Source: Camelus dromedarius (Eukaryota). Taken from it: 64,000 nt of DNA. Positions 14,354 to 26,805 of this stretch are shown here, piece by piece. Where the stretch lies: positions 103,666,001 through 103,730,000 of the forward strand of contig NC_087437.1 in the NCBI RefSeq assembly GCF_036321535.1. The letters run 5' to 3'. The first letter of the stretch is position 1. Each line of letters begins with the position of its first letter. Made by a program: the position numbers and the translations under genes. Under the pieces are notes generated by a model that was given only the letters and a program-made list of their open reading frames with translations, ran no database searches and was not told where the DNA came from.

Positions 14354-14823
14354 TGTACTAATTTTCTATTGCTACTGTGATAAATTATTACAAAGGTAGT
14401 AGGTAGTAGCTTAAAACAACACAAAGTTTTCATTCATAGTCATGGAGGTCAGAAATACTAAAATCAATCGCCTAGCAGGGCTGTGTCCCTTCTACAGCTC
14501 TAGGGGAGAATCTGTTTCCTTGCCTTTTCTGGATTCTAATGGTTGCCTTCGTTCCTCGTGCCGTGATTGCATCTTCCATCTTTAAAGCTAATAGGATAGC
14601 ATCTTCAAACCTCTCTGACTCTGACGTCCTCTACTTCCATCTTATAGGGATCCTTGTAATTACATTGAACCCATCTAGATAACCCAAGAAGTCACTTCAT
14701 CTTAATACCCTTATCTTAGATCTGCAAAGTCCCTTTACCAGATAAAGTAATATATTCACTGGTTTTGGGGATTAAGATATGGGCATCTTTAGTGGGAGTG
14801 GGGGCCATTATTTAGCCCGCCAT
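14354..14823 (-). mobile_element. MaLR solo LTR (MLT1B/C-like)
   Basis: tgtactaattttctattgctactgtgataaattattac...gctctaggggagaatctgtttccttgccttttc...ggggccattatttagcccgcca. Confidence 0.9.
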
Positions 14824-14928
14824 GGTTAATAACTGTTGAAATAAATGAATAGAAGTATTAGATGATGTACAGATGTAAATACAATATTTGGATACTGATC
14901 TCTAAAGTCTTTGAGTTTAGCAGTACAA

Positions 14929-14931
<3 letters not shown>

Positions 14932-14987
<56 letters not shown>
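14932..14987. repeat. (TA)n microsatellite
   Basis: Directly visible. Confidence 0.97.
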
Positions 14988-14990
<3 letters not shown>

Positions 14991-16541
14991 TATGCATAAC
15001 AAAACACAAATGCTATCATGTGAGAATAGTAAAGATAAAGTGCTGTAGGAGTCCTGAAAATGGACCTAGTATTTGCAATGAGGCAAAAATGATGACTTCA
15101 TAAATTTGTGCTATAAGTGAAAAACAGGTAGACTTTGGACTTGCAGAAATGGAGCAATTGCTAATTCAGATAAAAGAACACATAAACATATTATTTCCAC
15201 TATAATCAAAGATTATAATTATGGTCATTTGGGAAGTATCCCTCTTTTGATCTAGAAAATTCATTCCAAGTACATTTCAAAGTGATTACTTGTGTGTTCC
15301 TTTTCTATGATTAATGCTGTATATGATTTCTGGCACTATTTAATCTTTGATATTATCCATGTTTTAAATCAAAACGATTGAATCAATTAAATGAAATAAC
15401 AGTTACTATTAAGTGTTAATATCATCTACAGTTTAACCTTTAATTGTGTGATCTTCAAATGAAGGACTGTTTCTTATGTTTATTTAATATATTGATTATG
15501 GAAATTCTGAACAGCTGATTATTTTCAATATTAATTAATAATAATGCTCCAAGATTGATTTCTAAGTCTTTTGTTGATTGCTTCAGCCATTTTTAGATGA
15601 CAATCTTATCACCTTGAAAACCCAGATATGTACACAGCATATATTACTTATAAAAAACTCAAATTCAAAACACTATATAAACAATAAACTGGCTACAACA
15701 GGATTATTTTGCTATGTTAGAATCCTTTTTAGTTTACAATATCTTATAGTCAAAGGAAAATTATAATCACATGGTGGGAGAATTTAATTTGAATGAAGTC
15801 TATATATGCTTTTCATTATTTAATGATCATTAATTCTTTAAAGATGTTTATGTTAAAATATACGCTATGGTTTTTAACACTTAAGAGAAAAATCTGCATA
15901 ACTAGGTCAATTTGAGTAAGTAGCATATTTGATCATGTAAGCCATTGATTGATAGACTTTGTGCTACATCAGAAGTTGATCAATTTTTTAGAAGAAAAAA
16001 AAGGCAACTTTTTCAAGAAATATTAAAATAATAGTAGGGAGTCAATGAAATCAGATCCCGACCTTGTTTTTCCTAGAACCATGAAATATATGGCATTGTT
16101 CGTTTCAGTTTCTTGTTTGTGGAATATAGAATTTGTATCAACTTATTTTTATAATCTCTTTTACTTCCAATTCTCTATTTCAAAGTTTTAATGATAGAGC
16201 TTATACCACAATAATTAAAATTTAAAGTAAATTGAAAGTGTGTTACATATAAATATGAGTTAATATATGACATATATGATATAAATTTATATTTTATAAC
16301 CAATTGTTTCATGGATAAAGTATTTTTTCACTATCACTTAATATGACAATTCTTGGAAGATTTTTCACTAAATTGAAAGGTAATGTTTTGAGAGATCTAC
16401 TATTACTCAATACTAAATTCATATTTCATAGAGTTGTCCTAGATTGAGCAATTATTCTTTAAGCACATGATTCATGAAGCTTATTCCAGAGTGAAAAGAG
16501 TATGAGTGAATGCACACAACACTAATTCATAATTCCTAAAG

Positions 16542-16731
16542 CAGGGCTAGCATGCACCAAATCATGCCTACCACGTGTTTTCTGTAAATAATATTTTATT
16601 GGAACACAATCACACTCATTTTTACCTATTGTCTAAGATGTCTTTCCTACCACAGTGACAGAGTTAAGTAGTTGCAACAGAGGCCATATTGCCTACAGAG
16701 CCCTGTAGAGAAAAAAATCTGCCCACCTCTC
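16542..16731 (+). mobile_element. MER58A-like hAT-Charlie MITE
   Basis: gtaaataatattttattggaacacaatcacactcatt...cagagttaagtagttgcaacagag. Confidence 0.85.
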
Positions 16732-19700
16732 CTTTCAGAATAGTGAAGAATTAAACAAATGTATAAAACAGCAACATTGAACAACAAAAAGCAAAATGCT
16801 AGTGAGAACATGAGTAACAAATGGAACTTGGAAAATGAATAAGAATATGCATTTTGTACAAGAAATTTTTCTGAACTGAGTAAATTGAGTAAATTTTAAT
16901 TTAAACAAACCAGACTCTTTTAAACAAAGCAGAGCTCTCTCCTATTATCGGTGAGCTGAAGCTTCTTAGGGTAAAGAGATGCAGAATCACCATGAGGGCT
17001 TGATGGTTACATATTACAGGGAAGACAAGAGTGGTTGTTTATTGGCCATGAACACATCAAAGTTAAACAAAGAAGTTCCAAAGTTTAAAGTCTGACAACA
17101 TCTCTGAAATCAGGAAGTTGTTTAATATACTGTAATTCCCAAGGACTTGATAATTGTAAATATCAAGTGAGATTCATGGCAACAGTCATGGGTTCTAGAG
17201 GACTTCTCATCACTTTACACAGGGTAATTCAGGTTCAACAAGCAGCTGCTCTTGCTTTAGTGAATCTCATTGGTTTTTAACCTGGGTCCCTTGATAGCAG
17301 TGTAACTGAGATGAACAGGGCCTACCCCTGAGGACCCGATATCTACACTACAAACTTCCTTTTGTAAGTAAGAGCAAGAAATTTGAAGCTAATGTAATCC
17401 AATGAAACTTACTGTGACTCCATTCCTTGGTTCATTAGTACCATTTTAATGCTTTCTTTGCTTCTGTGTCAGGACCCTAATAGTGAATGATATCCTAAAT
17501 ACTCTTACTATAAGTCCATGTTGGTTTGGCTTCCCAAAATTTTTAATTGTGCCTAACATGGCACTTCTGTTTGTGAAGCCCAAGCTATGGTCAAGAAAGC
17601 ACAGAGCCATTAGAGAAAAGTGAAAGAAATTCATTCTTTTCCACAATCCAGTAGATACTATGATCCAGTGAATGGTGGTTATTATTCGTTAAAAATTTAG
17701 TTGCGCTACTACCTGAGACAACACTGCTAACGTCATGACTTTTGAAATATCCTAGTGCCTTAACCATCTGTAATACAGGAAGAGAAAGAAAATCATCAGG
17801 AAAGAAAAAAGGTTAAGAGGTGAAAATGGAAAATTATTTGCCTTTCAGTGAAATTGACATATTATTTGTATGCAAATGCATCTTCCGTCTGCCTATTTTG
17901 TGAGTTACTTCTCTCACAAAAAGATTTTTAAACTAATTGATGTATCGGCCACTTCCTGAATCTGTTTTCTAAATTACAAATTCAGCCTTCACTGCAGGTG
18001 TACTGCCAGCCACTTCTTTCACGAAAGATCTTTGTACTAATTGTTTTATCTGCTGCTTGCTAAATCTGTTTGCTAAATTATACCTTTCACTGAAATAACA
18101 CCAAAATCTACTCAGGAAGCAATTAGTAGGTATTGACTTTATTTTTTTTTTTTTAAAGCAGAGTTTATACGCCTTAGATTGTGTGGAAGGACCTGAAAAA
18201 TAGATGTACAAATGATGTATCAGTCCAGGAAATACAGGGCTTTTAGGAGGACTTAATGATACTTCACGAATGCATTTTCTAAGATATTTGTCAAAAGTAG
18301 GTCTCTTGATCCTCAATGTGCCTAGAACCATGGCAGTATTGTATGAGACTCTATGTACAGTTAGTAAAAATAAATCCTATGGGTATTTGGCCTGAATAGT
18401 GAAGTACCAACCCATATTTTAAGTTTTCATATATTTTCTTCTCCAAGTTTCAATTAAAATTTGCTGAATATATTAGAGTTTTGCCATAGGAACGGAAATA
18501 CTAAGCATTATTCATATGGTGGTTAAACAGGCATAACAAAACAAATGATATAAAAAATAAGCTTATATTACCATTATACTAAATGTCCACGTTGAATTTT
18601 AACCTTCATGAGCTAATATCCATTTGTCACTGTTTAACAATAATATTTATGAGCTTATTTATTCTCGATGCATTTAAAAATCTCAGGAAACCAATCTATA
18701 CCAACAAACCAAAAAAAATTAAGGAGATTAGTGAATAGATGTCAAGTGCATTCTAACGCGGTATGAACATGAGGCACTTCTTGGTGCCGTAGGACAGTGT
18801 TGAGGTTCTGTATTCATTGCATGATTTACTCTTCTTTGTTGATATTTATCCAGTGTTTCCCATAATGAAACACATAAATAATTCAGTCCAACTGCACTTT
18901 ATTAGTAGCAGAAGAATTTCTACATTTCAGGATAAAACAAGTATTTATGTTTTAAGTTCCCTTTCCCAAACAAATGGAAATTTAAAAAAAATTAATGTTA
19001 TATATTTCCAACCCATGTGGGCAATGATCTTAAACTTGGAATTTTAAGCAATACAACTTTGTCATGGATTCCCAATATTATGTTAAAAAGTTTTTGTCAT
19101 AAAGTATTATGTATCTACATGGAAACTAATAAAAATGTGACAAAAAATTCACTGTTAGAGTATGTCTGCTCTGCTTGGAGCATGTTTAGCAGCATAAATG
19201 GGAGATATATCAAGTAATCAGAGAATGTTAATTTAAATGCATTTTTTATGTATAATTTCCTGTGGGTTTTATAACTAAGAAGTAAATCCATTATTTAAAA
19301 AAACTGTTTATTAAATTGTTATTGGTGAACAGATTAACAATAAATCTGGCCATGAGTGACACTGGGAATGTGAACATTTTTGTAATACTCAAAAAGTAAA
19401 ACAAGAAATACTGTAAATTGGCAGTATTTTAATGTTACTTCTGATAAAAATATCTGGAATTAGTAATAAGTAAATTGAGAGAAATCAGAGTAAAAATATT
19501 GCTTTCATTTATATTGTGAGTTAGAATAACCATACACACACACGTATGTGTATGTGTATGTAATTCCCACCTAATCTGCAATTTTTTTTACTAAGATACT
19601 AATAAAAATTTTTAAAGATGAGATTTTCCACACAAATGCTAATTCAAAAAGGAATTCAATGATTAAGTTCAAATGCAGATTAGACATATGAACCAAAATT

Positions 19701-21989
19701 TAAACTGTTAAATATTATTAGTAAAAGGTTACGTTTCTTATTTTTTTTTTACTAGACATGTAACAATGCACATCAGGTTTACTTACAATTTTATTATTCT
19801 CTTGCTATTTTTATTCATATATCTTAATGAACAATTTGAAGTTTATTTTTTATATAAATTGATTATGCAGAAATTTCAGAATTTCATTTAGTTATACTTT
19901 TTTTCTACATTACACAAATGTTTATCTCAAATCTGTTGCTCTTTGGTGTTGAATTTTATTTATATAAAATTTTCATTTATCCTATTAATTTGAAGCAAAT
20001 TCAATTATAAAAGAAAGAAAATTATAAAATCTCAATACTTCTGTCAGGTGTCTTTATAATCTATTAAACTACTCAAAAAAAAGTCTTCCTTAAATATCCC
20101 TTCATCTCAGCTTTTTTACTATGAAATATGTTTTGATTTTGACCTGTTCTACAACCACTTTATTAAAATGTACTATCTAGAAAGGCAAAGGGTGAGAAAG
20201 AAAACTGGAATGTTCATCCACCAAGAATTATTCTCCATCATTGATTGAGGGCTGCTTCTATGGCCTTATGTTTGTAAAGATTCTCTGTTTTACAACTTTT
20301 CTGTTTGCTTTTCTTGAAATTAGCATTATGTGTATATATGTATTTGAGTAAATGAGTTACACAGAGCAGTGGTTACATTTTATTGTATTCCAAATGGTCC
20401 AAAATTATAAGATTTCCTTGGAAAAAAATTCTATCATCTTTTTCTTACGTAAGTATCAGAAAGGATTTGTAGAATGAATGAATTATGAAAGATAAAATTT
20501 TAATATAAAGGTAAGTCTTAAATTATAAATTCAATTTGAAACATTCATTCACATATAGATTCATCTAAACATAAGTATTACTCTTGATTTTCAAGTTAAA
20601 AGACAGAAATCTGAGGAATAGCTGTCAGAATGTAGCCTTTAAATGCTTGTATTTGCTACATTTGAACAATTTTCAAATATTTCTGGGTTTTCTACCTTAA
20701 ACAATTTTATTAATTTCTAAGGTTATTCTAACGAGCAAATTAATTATTGAAAAGTGCAAATTTACTTGTCATTTATTCTTCTGAGTCTGATGATTTCAAT
20801 ACTTTGTTCCACTGTTTTTCTTCAAAATTGTCATGATTTTTCATAATTAGAATTATTCTATGTGTACTTTCATGTATTTCTGCTGGGTCAAAAACTTTTT
20901 AGAAATGCATTTAATTTTAATAAGCATAAGTCAAATTACTTGAGGTTATGTATAAACACAGATTCATTGCTTGAACAATTCAGAGACAGGAATAATTCAG
21001 AATATGCATAAAATAAAGCAGCAAGGATGCAATATAGGAAGTGAAGAAGCTGAGAAAACACAGGCAACAAAATTTTCAATTAAAATATCATGTAATATGA
21101 TGGCTTCTGAGTAATTACCATGGACTGAAACTAGGACGTATTCTCCTAATCAGAGAATTTTGATTAATCTAATCACTCCTTCACTCTGCCTATGCAAATA
21201 ACATCTCCATTAGTGTTCTAATTTGAAACAACAGGCTTCTTTCATTAATGAATAAAAGGAAGCTACCAGTGATAATGACAGCATTATGGCTATATTAAAA
21301 TCTAAAAATATAATATAATGGAAGTAATAAAGTTGATTCCTAAAAGAAATAAATGAAGGTTTACTGACAATAATTATTCAGGTAAGATTGTAGCCATCAT
21401 CACTAGCCAGGGTCATACAGATAGTGAAAAAAGACTTTCTCTATAAAATGTTATTTTAGTTTTAAGTCTTTTGACTACTAATTATTATCACTTTTTTTGG
21501 TAAATAAATCACATGTTAGTACATAGATAATTTACTTTAAAGTAATTTTTAATTATCATTAAAGGTATATTGTTATCATTGAATGCATTGTCAACATTGT
21601 GATCCTCCCAACCCACAGCTAGAATTTATCTTGTTCCCATGCTATATTGTTAAATCTAAAGCTGATACGAAAAAATTAACTTAAAAAAGAATTATAGCTG
21701 CATTATCCTTTTTAAAATCTAGACAATACATATATGTACTCCAGAAAGCACAGTAGAGTATATACACCAAGAAGTTCAAGTGGCATTTTGAAAATTACAG
21801 GCAACTTCAAGGTGTGCCCAATTCAGAGCACTGAAATGCTTCATGTCATTTACGAGTCCCTGGTGCTACATCGCTTGGCCACTAGCTGAGTACTGATGTG
21901 AAAATATTAACTAAAGCCAAGCGGAGATGCAGAAATCATTAATTTGAATTAGAGGGGATACACAGGAACCAGGAGGCAGGAGAGGAAGA

Positions 21990-23700
21990 ATTTACCTCCC
22001 AGACTCCCTGGATGGGCATCATCCCTACCACTCACATAATTAAGTTTGCCCTTTTCTATTAAGTACAACAAACGGTGTCTCTACCACCTGAGATGGTGAT
22101 GCAGCATGCAGAAGTGTCTGCCCCTATCTTATCCACAAGTGCTCAAGTTCCCTGGCAATGGCTTCCAATTCAAATACACCCCATGGGTTCATTCCATGTA
22201 GTCTACTTTGTCCAGCATCAACAGATTTCTTGCTGCTTTCCAGATCTCTGTCTAAGTCCACCCATCCAGGGATTACTCCAGAAAGCATAGGAGTTTGATC
22301 GTTTGGGGATTCTCATTAAACTTGCAAGCCGTGACAGAATCAAAGGACAAAGAAATCTTCACATAATTTTCTCATTTCTAGACTTTAGCTCCCTCTTTAT
22401 TTAAATGTGAGGCACAAACCTCTATGCTGTCGATCATGCAAGGAATGTAACCCATTCTATCCCCAATGATCGTGTCATGGACTTTACCATGATATTGACA
22501 GTCAACTGTCTCCCTTCTACAGATTTAGCTACACCAGTGATGGGTGGGAAGGGCCTCTCTGGGGATTCAGAAGTTTGGCAAAGAAATTCAGCTCCTTCTG
22601 TATAAAGAAACTACACGCCTTCTAGAGTATGTTCCTTCCTACCATGAAGCTGTGGCTGCTTGAGAAGTGCTACGAAGATTTTCTGACATAGAAATCACCT
22701 AGTTTGAAAAGTGAGGTCAGGAAAGCTATTTTGGCTGGTTTCCTGTTACCCTTATTTCTGAAAGCATCTTTGCCTTTCCATTATTCTACAGCCTGGAAAC
22801 AGAAGTTCTCCGACAGGATGACAAAAACATAGCTAAGTCAGCGTAGACTAACTCCGCTTTGGGGTCCACTTAATCACTCAGAAACACAACATGTTTGTTT
22901 AGCAGAGTTTTGAGAGCTACAGAGATTAGTTCCAGGAAGGACTTGTTAGGCATAGAAACACCATCAGCCAGACCCAGAGGGTAGGTAGGAACAGCTAACT
23001 TGGTTTATTGACCAAGAAAACTTGAAAAGACAGCCTTTATCTTTGAACTGTTGCTTATCTTATTTCATCATGGGACAACTGAAGTTTGCTTTTATGATGA
23101 CCCGATATTCACTCTAAACTTGTTAAAAAGTGACAACTAGATAATGGAGTGGTAGCAGGTGACTCCAGGTTCACACAGATGCATTTATTCCAGTAACGCC
23201 CAATCATAAACACATACATACATACCTACATACATACATATTTAAATTTCTACATAATCCAAGTAAGCTTTTACATGTCTATAAAATTTTTGTTACTTTT
23301 TGTCTTTTTAAATTCAAATGACATACTCATTTGATGTATTATTTGGGTACTATATAGTTAATGAAGATAAGAAATTATTTACAAATAGAAGGCATGTTAA
23401 CATCAATTATATCTGGAGATACATCAGTTAATGAGAGAGTGACTACATATCCCCACTGTCCAGAAAATTACTCATTTTTAGTGTTTTCCTGATAATGACT
23501 ATTACCAATTTTCACTCTCAGAACTGTTTCAGTTTAGGTGATGACTGATATGAGTTATCCCAGTTTAAGTGACACAATTTTTCAAAATGTGAAATGGAGG
23601 ACAGGTGGGTAAGTTGACCAGAATTTGAGGATGTTCCTTTTAAGTGTTAGAATGGTCATCCGCATAGACAGAACATCACCTACCAGGATGGTTGTGCCTG
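21990..23700 (-). pseudogene. Possible C-terminal part of a bornavirus-like L fossil (tentative)
   Basis: Collinear motifs TTILVGD (23695-23675), LLE*MHLC (23196-23173), CQTSESPERPFPPI (22580-22539), ITISGGR (22100-22080), RDDAHPGSL (22026-22000); spacing is longer than in BDV L. Confidence 0.22.
23436..23560 (+). mobile_element. MER94-like hAT-Blackjack MITE
   Basis: agagtgactacatatcccc...ttttcactctcagaactgtttcagtttagg...atatgagttatccc. Confidence 0.65.
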
Positions 23701-24359
23701 GAGTGGAAACAAAAAAAAGCCATTTCCCTAAGTCTGTAACAAACGAGAGGGAGTAGCAGAGAGATTTTTGTAGGTAGAGAGGATGACATAGGTTATTTTT
23801 TTCTTAATTTGATAAAGGAGTGATAGTCATGATGTAACACTAGTGAGCAAGTACAATACCGAGCCCACCTTGCAATCTTGAGTTACATGAGAGGGGAAAC
23901 AGGAAAATAGTATTTGGGAAGGTTTCAGGGCAAAACACTTCCTTGGAAAAGAGCTAAATCTCAGTTAAGGTGAAATGGAACAGCACTAGTTTAAAATAGT
24001 AGCTTAAATTATTACTGTCTTTCCTGGATATGGAGTAGCAATCTCAAAAGCCACACTGTAAGAATTTGGGATGGAGACAAGATGAGAGAGCAACTAGAAA
24101 TGGGGCAAAATAATAATAATATGGAATATTTTGCCAATGCTAATACAGTAGAGAATAGACCTGCATCGCTGTGTGTTTCATTTTTTGCATTGTACCTCAT
24201 TGAATTACAAATAGTATCCACATAGTAAGACTGATTTATTTTAGCAAAAAGAATCTTCCAAAAAAACAATAGTACCAGATTTAAAGACAGTAAGAAACAC
24301 ATAGGAGGACTTAATCTACTTGGTGTGTGTATGAGTCTAGTTCATAGGAATTAAATTTA

Positions 24360-24579
24360 GAATATCCTATGTAGTTTCGACCACTATTATAATTTGTACA
24401 AATGTAAGAGGAGAACAGTTGGCATTAAGGACAATAAAAGATCGAGTAGGCAGTAAACAAGGCTGCCTACGGCAAAAAACTCTACCCACGTTAAAATAAA
24501 ATGGTAACAAAGGGAATAGGGACGATCCTGGAAAAGTTCAGTACTAGTGGGAATCTAGTAGAATCTATAGAGACAGAGA

Positions 24580-24635
<56 letters not shown>

Positions 24636-25860
24636 GACTTTACAAAGCTGCATACCTGCATCTGATAATATCTGAAAGACTACAGAGTTTTTTCTCCCAT
24701 GTATTCCGGTCACGACCATGAATTTATACATCATCTAGTGGCATAAACTCCTCTTTCGACTCTTTTCCACTAGTTGACGAGGACACTGCGTAATGGCTTA
24801 GACTCAGCCATATCCTGGCTTCTGTTAGTTGAGCTCACATTCAAATGTTCGAGGCCCCCAAGCTTTGACAACACGCTCCCTTTCTATATCACTGCCTGTG
24901 AAAGAAGTGTTGCTGTTTCTTTGGCTGACCTGACTACAGATCCGTACATGTAACTCAGGATCAGCCGATTCAGGTAGCTTTCCATCCCAGCCCAGTAACA
25001 CCACTTCAGGAGCTGGAGTCCTTTTGGATGGCATACATGTGTTACCCTGAGATTGTTCTGGCCACCGCAGACGATAGCTGTCAACTCTGTCCAAATTCCT
25101 TACTCCAAGTAAGAATGGATAGCATTTTCCACAGTAGGAAATGAAGGGATCAAAGTCATGACATATTTGGCTCCAATAGTCTCTTGGCGGAGATGGGACA
25201 GAGGTCAGAATACTTCTTTCAAATGACCAAAATGTACCTATATAGTATGCTGTTAAAAGTCAGATGTAGTATCGACAATTGCTTTGAGAGAAGTGCAGAG
25301 ATGTAAGACAGATAAGAAAAAAAGATAATGGTATTGGAAGAAGAATTTTGAAACATATGCCTAAAACACTACTGCCTTTAGTTAAGAGCAACTGAAGTAA
25401 AATGAAAATATGTAAGTGATTAAATTCTTTGGATAGTAAAAGCAATTCTTCCTTTGCAAATTGATGTTTCCCTTGAATCTGCTCATGTGTACCTTGATGA
25501 ATAAGGCAAAATCAGACAAGTGTTAGGTTAAATACTAACACCACGTGGAGTGTGAGTAAATGCTAAGTTTATATAGATATTTTTTAACTCCAACTAAATA
25601 TCTTCCTTCAGAAGAGAAATAAGGTAGAAAAAATATAATGTGCCATCCTCGCTTTAAAATGCGATGTTATGAAAAATATTCAGCTTTGGCAAATGATGTA
25701 TGGGTGGGGTGATGTGCTGGTGGAAAACCAAAGTATCAGGATTAAAGTGTGCTTTCTAACCCCTCAACATCTCAAATGAGCACAGTGTTGCAGGAGAGGG
25801 TTCTAAATCATTCCACTATGAACAAAGGGAAATCACTAAATGGGGACTAGAAGGTAGGAA
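24360..25860 (-). pseudogene. Candidate endogenous bornavirus-like L-polymerase element (EBLL), fragmented
   Basis: About 15 collinear short motifs against remembered BDV L, e.g. PSPATL, HLSDFAL, YIGT, W-x7-DP, FLLE*G-x10-GG-x4-R, SVVRS...SKP with equal 49-codon span, TW..SLSD, FQD; many stops, frameshifts and gaps; unverified. Confidence 0.35.
24580..24633. repeat. (ATT)n trinucleotide microsatellite
   Basis: About 18 perfect units. Confidence 0.97.
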
Positions 25861-26745
25861 ATGTCATCAGTAAATCTAAATACTCTAAGTAGAAATAAAA
25901 ATCAATTTATCACATCTTTGCAAACCAATTGAAGTCTTAAAGCCAAAAGGAAGCACAGGTTTAAATGTTGAAAGATAAGATTACTAACAAATCTTTCTGT
26001 AAAAAAATGAAGCAATGTAAGAGTATTTTTAAAATTCAACTTCTAAAATAACATTAACAAGCAAAACACATATTTTCTAAGATGTAAATGCAACCATAAT
26101 TCATTTAACAGTGATAAACCAAAGAAAAACTTTTCAGAATAGTTGAACATGTTGGAATGCTATCTCTCTGTATTCATGAGCTGGCACTAGAGATATACTC
26201 TAAGATTTATTTTTTTAAGGAAGATTTAATTTAATTTAAACAACACATTTTTAATTTATAGCTGAGTAATATATATTAACCACTGTATAACAGACTGAAA
26301 TTTCACTGCTCAACCATGCTTATAAGCCCAGCTTGAATTTAATTTAGAAGAAATAATAGCCAAATTCATGGTTGCTAAAAAAAAATCCAGAGTTCAATAT
26401 AGAATAGAATGTACAAAAAATACTTTTTCCTTCATAGTCATTATGTGACTAAACAAAATGTATACCAATAATTTCTTTAGTTCTTACGTTTCTTTTAGTG
26501 CATTTCCCGTATTTGTTTCATTGGTTACGTTGCTTATAATAAAGGATGAGCTTTCTTTTAATGCAAACCATGTACAATTAACTTTGAGAACAAGAAATTG
26601 AAATCTGACCCTTTTCGCTCTATTGGTATTTATTTTTTTCTACGACAGGAATTGGTCTGAAAAATTACAATACTTACTGTGATTTCTCCACATTTTCTGT
26701 AAGAAATTAGAGCTACCTTAAGTAGTTAAAATTATTTCTCATTTC

Positions 26746-26805
26746 TGGACACTGGAATTTGACACAACATTGTAAAATGATTATAAATCAATAAAAAATG
26801 TTAAA
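26746..26805 (+). mobile_element. About 60-bp L1 3'-terminal stub with perfect 18-bp TSD
   Basis: acactggaatttgacacaacattgtaaaatgattataaatcaataaaaaa; TSD aaaattatttctcatttc at 26728-26745 and 26806-26823; TT/AAAA target. Confidence 0.85.

Noticed and set aside
17143..17160. FTIIKS identical to a remembered N-terminal BDV L hexapeptide
   Set aside because: It is out of order with neighbouring motifs and illustrates the chance-match rate.
18778..18805. REST/NRSE site
   Set aside because: Only the GGACAGTG half is present.
21705..21720. Bornavirus-type termination signal/poly(A) (TTAAAAA on the minus strand) after the putative L end
   Set aside because: Too common in AT-rich DNA, and no TSD was found.
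22523..22626. Plus-strand coding exon (cag|...|gtatgt)
   Set aside because: Stops in all three frames.
24900..25030. Bornavirus N similarity (GL-x11-ESYL, VVRSAK, ETATLL)
   Set aside because: It needs a gap of about 65 aa and does not extend on either side; probably chance.
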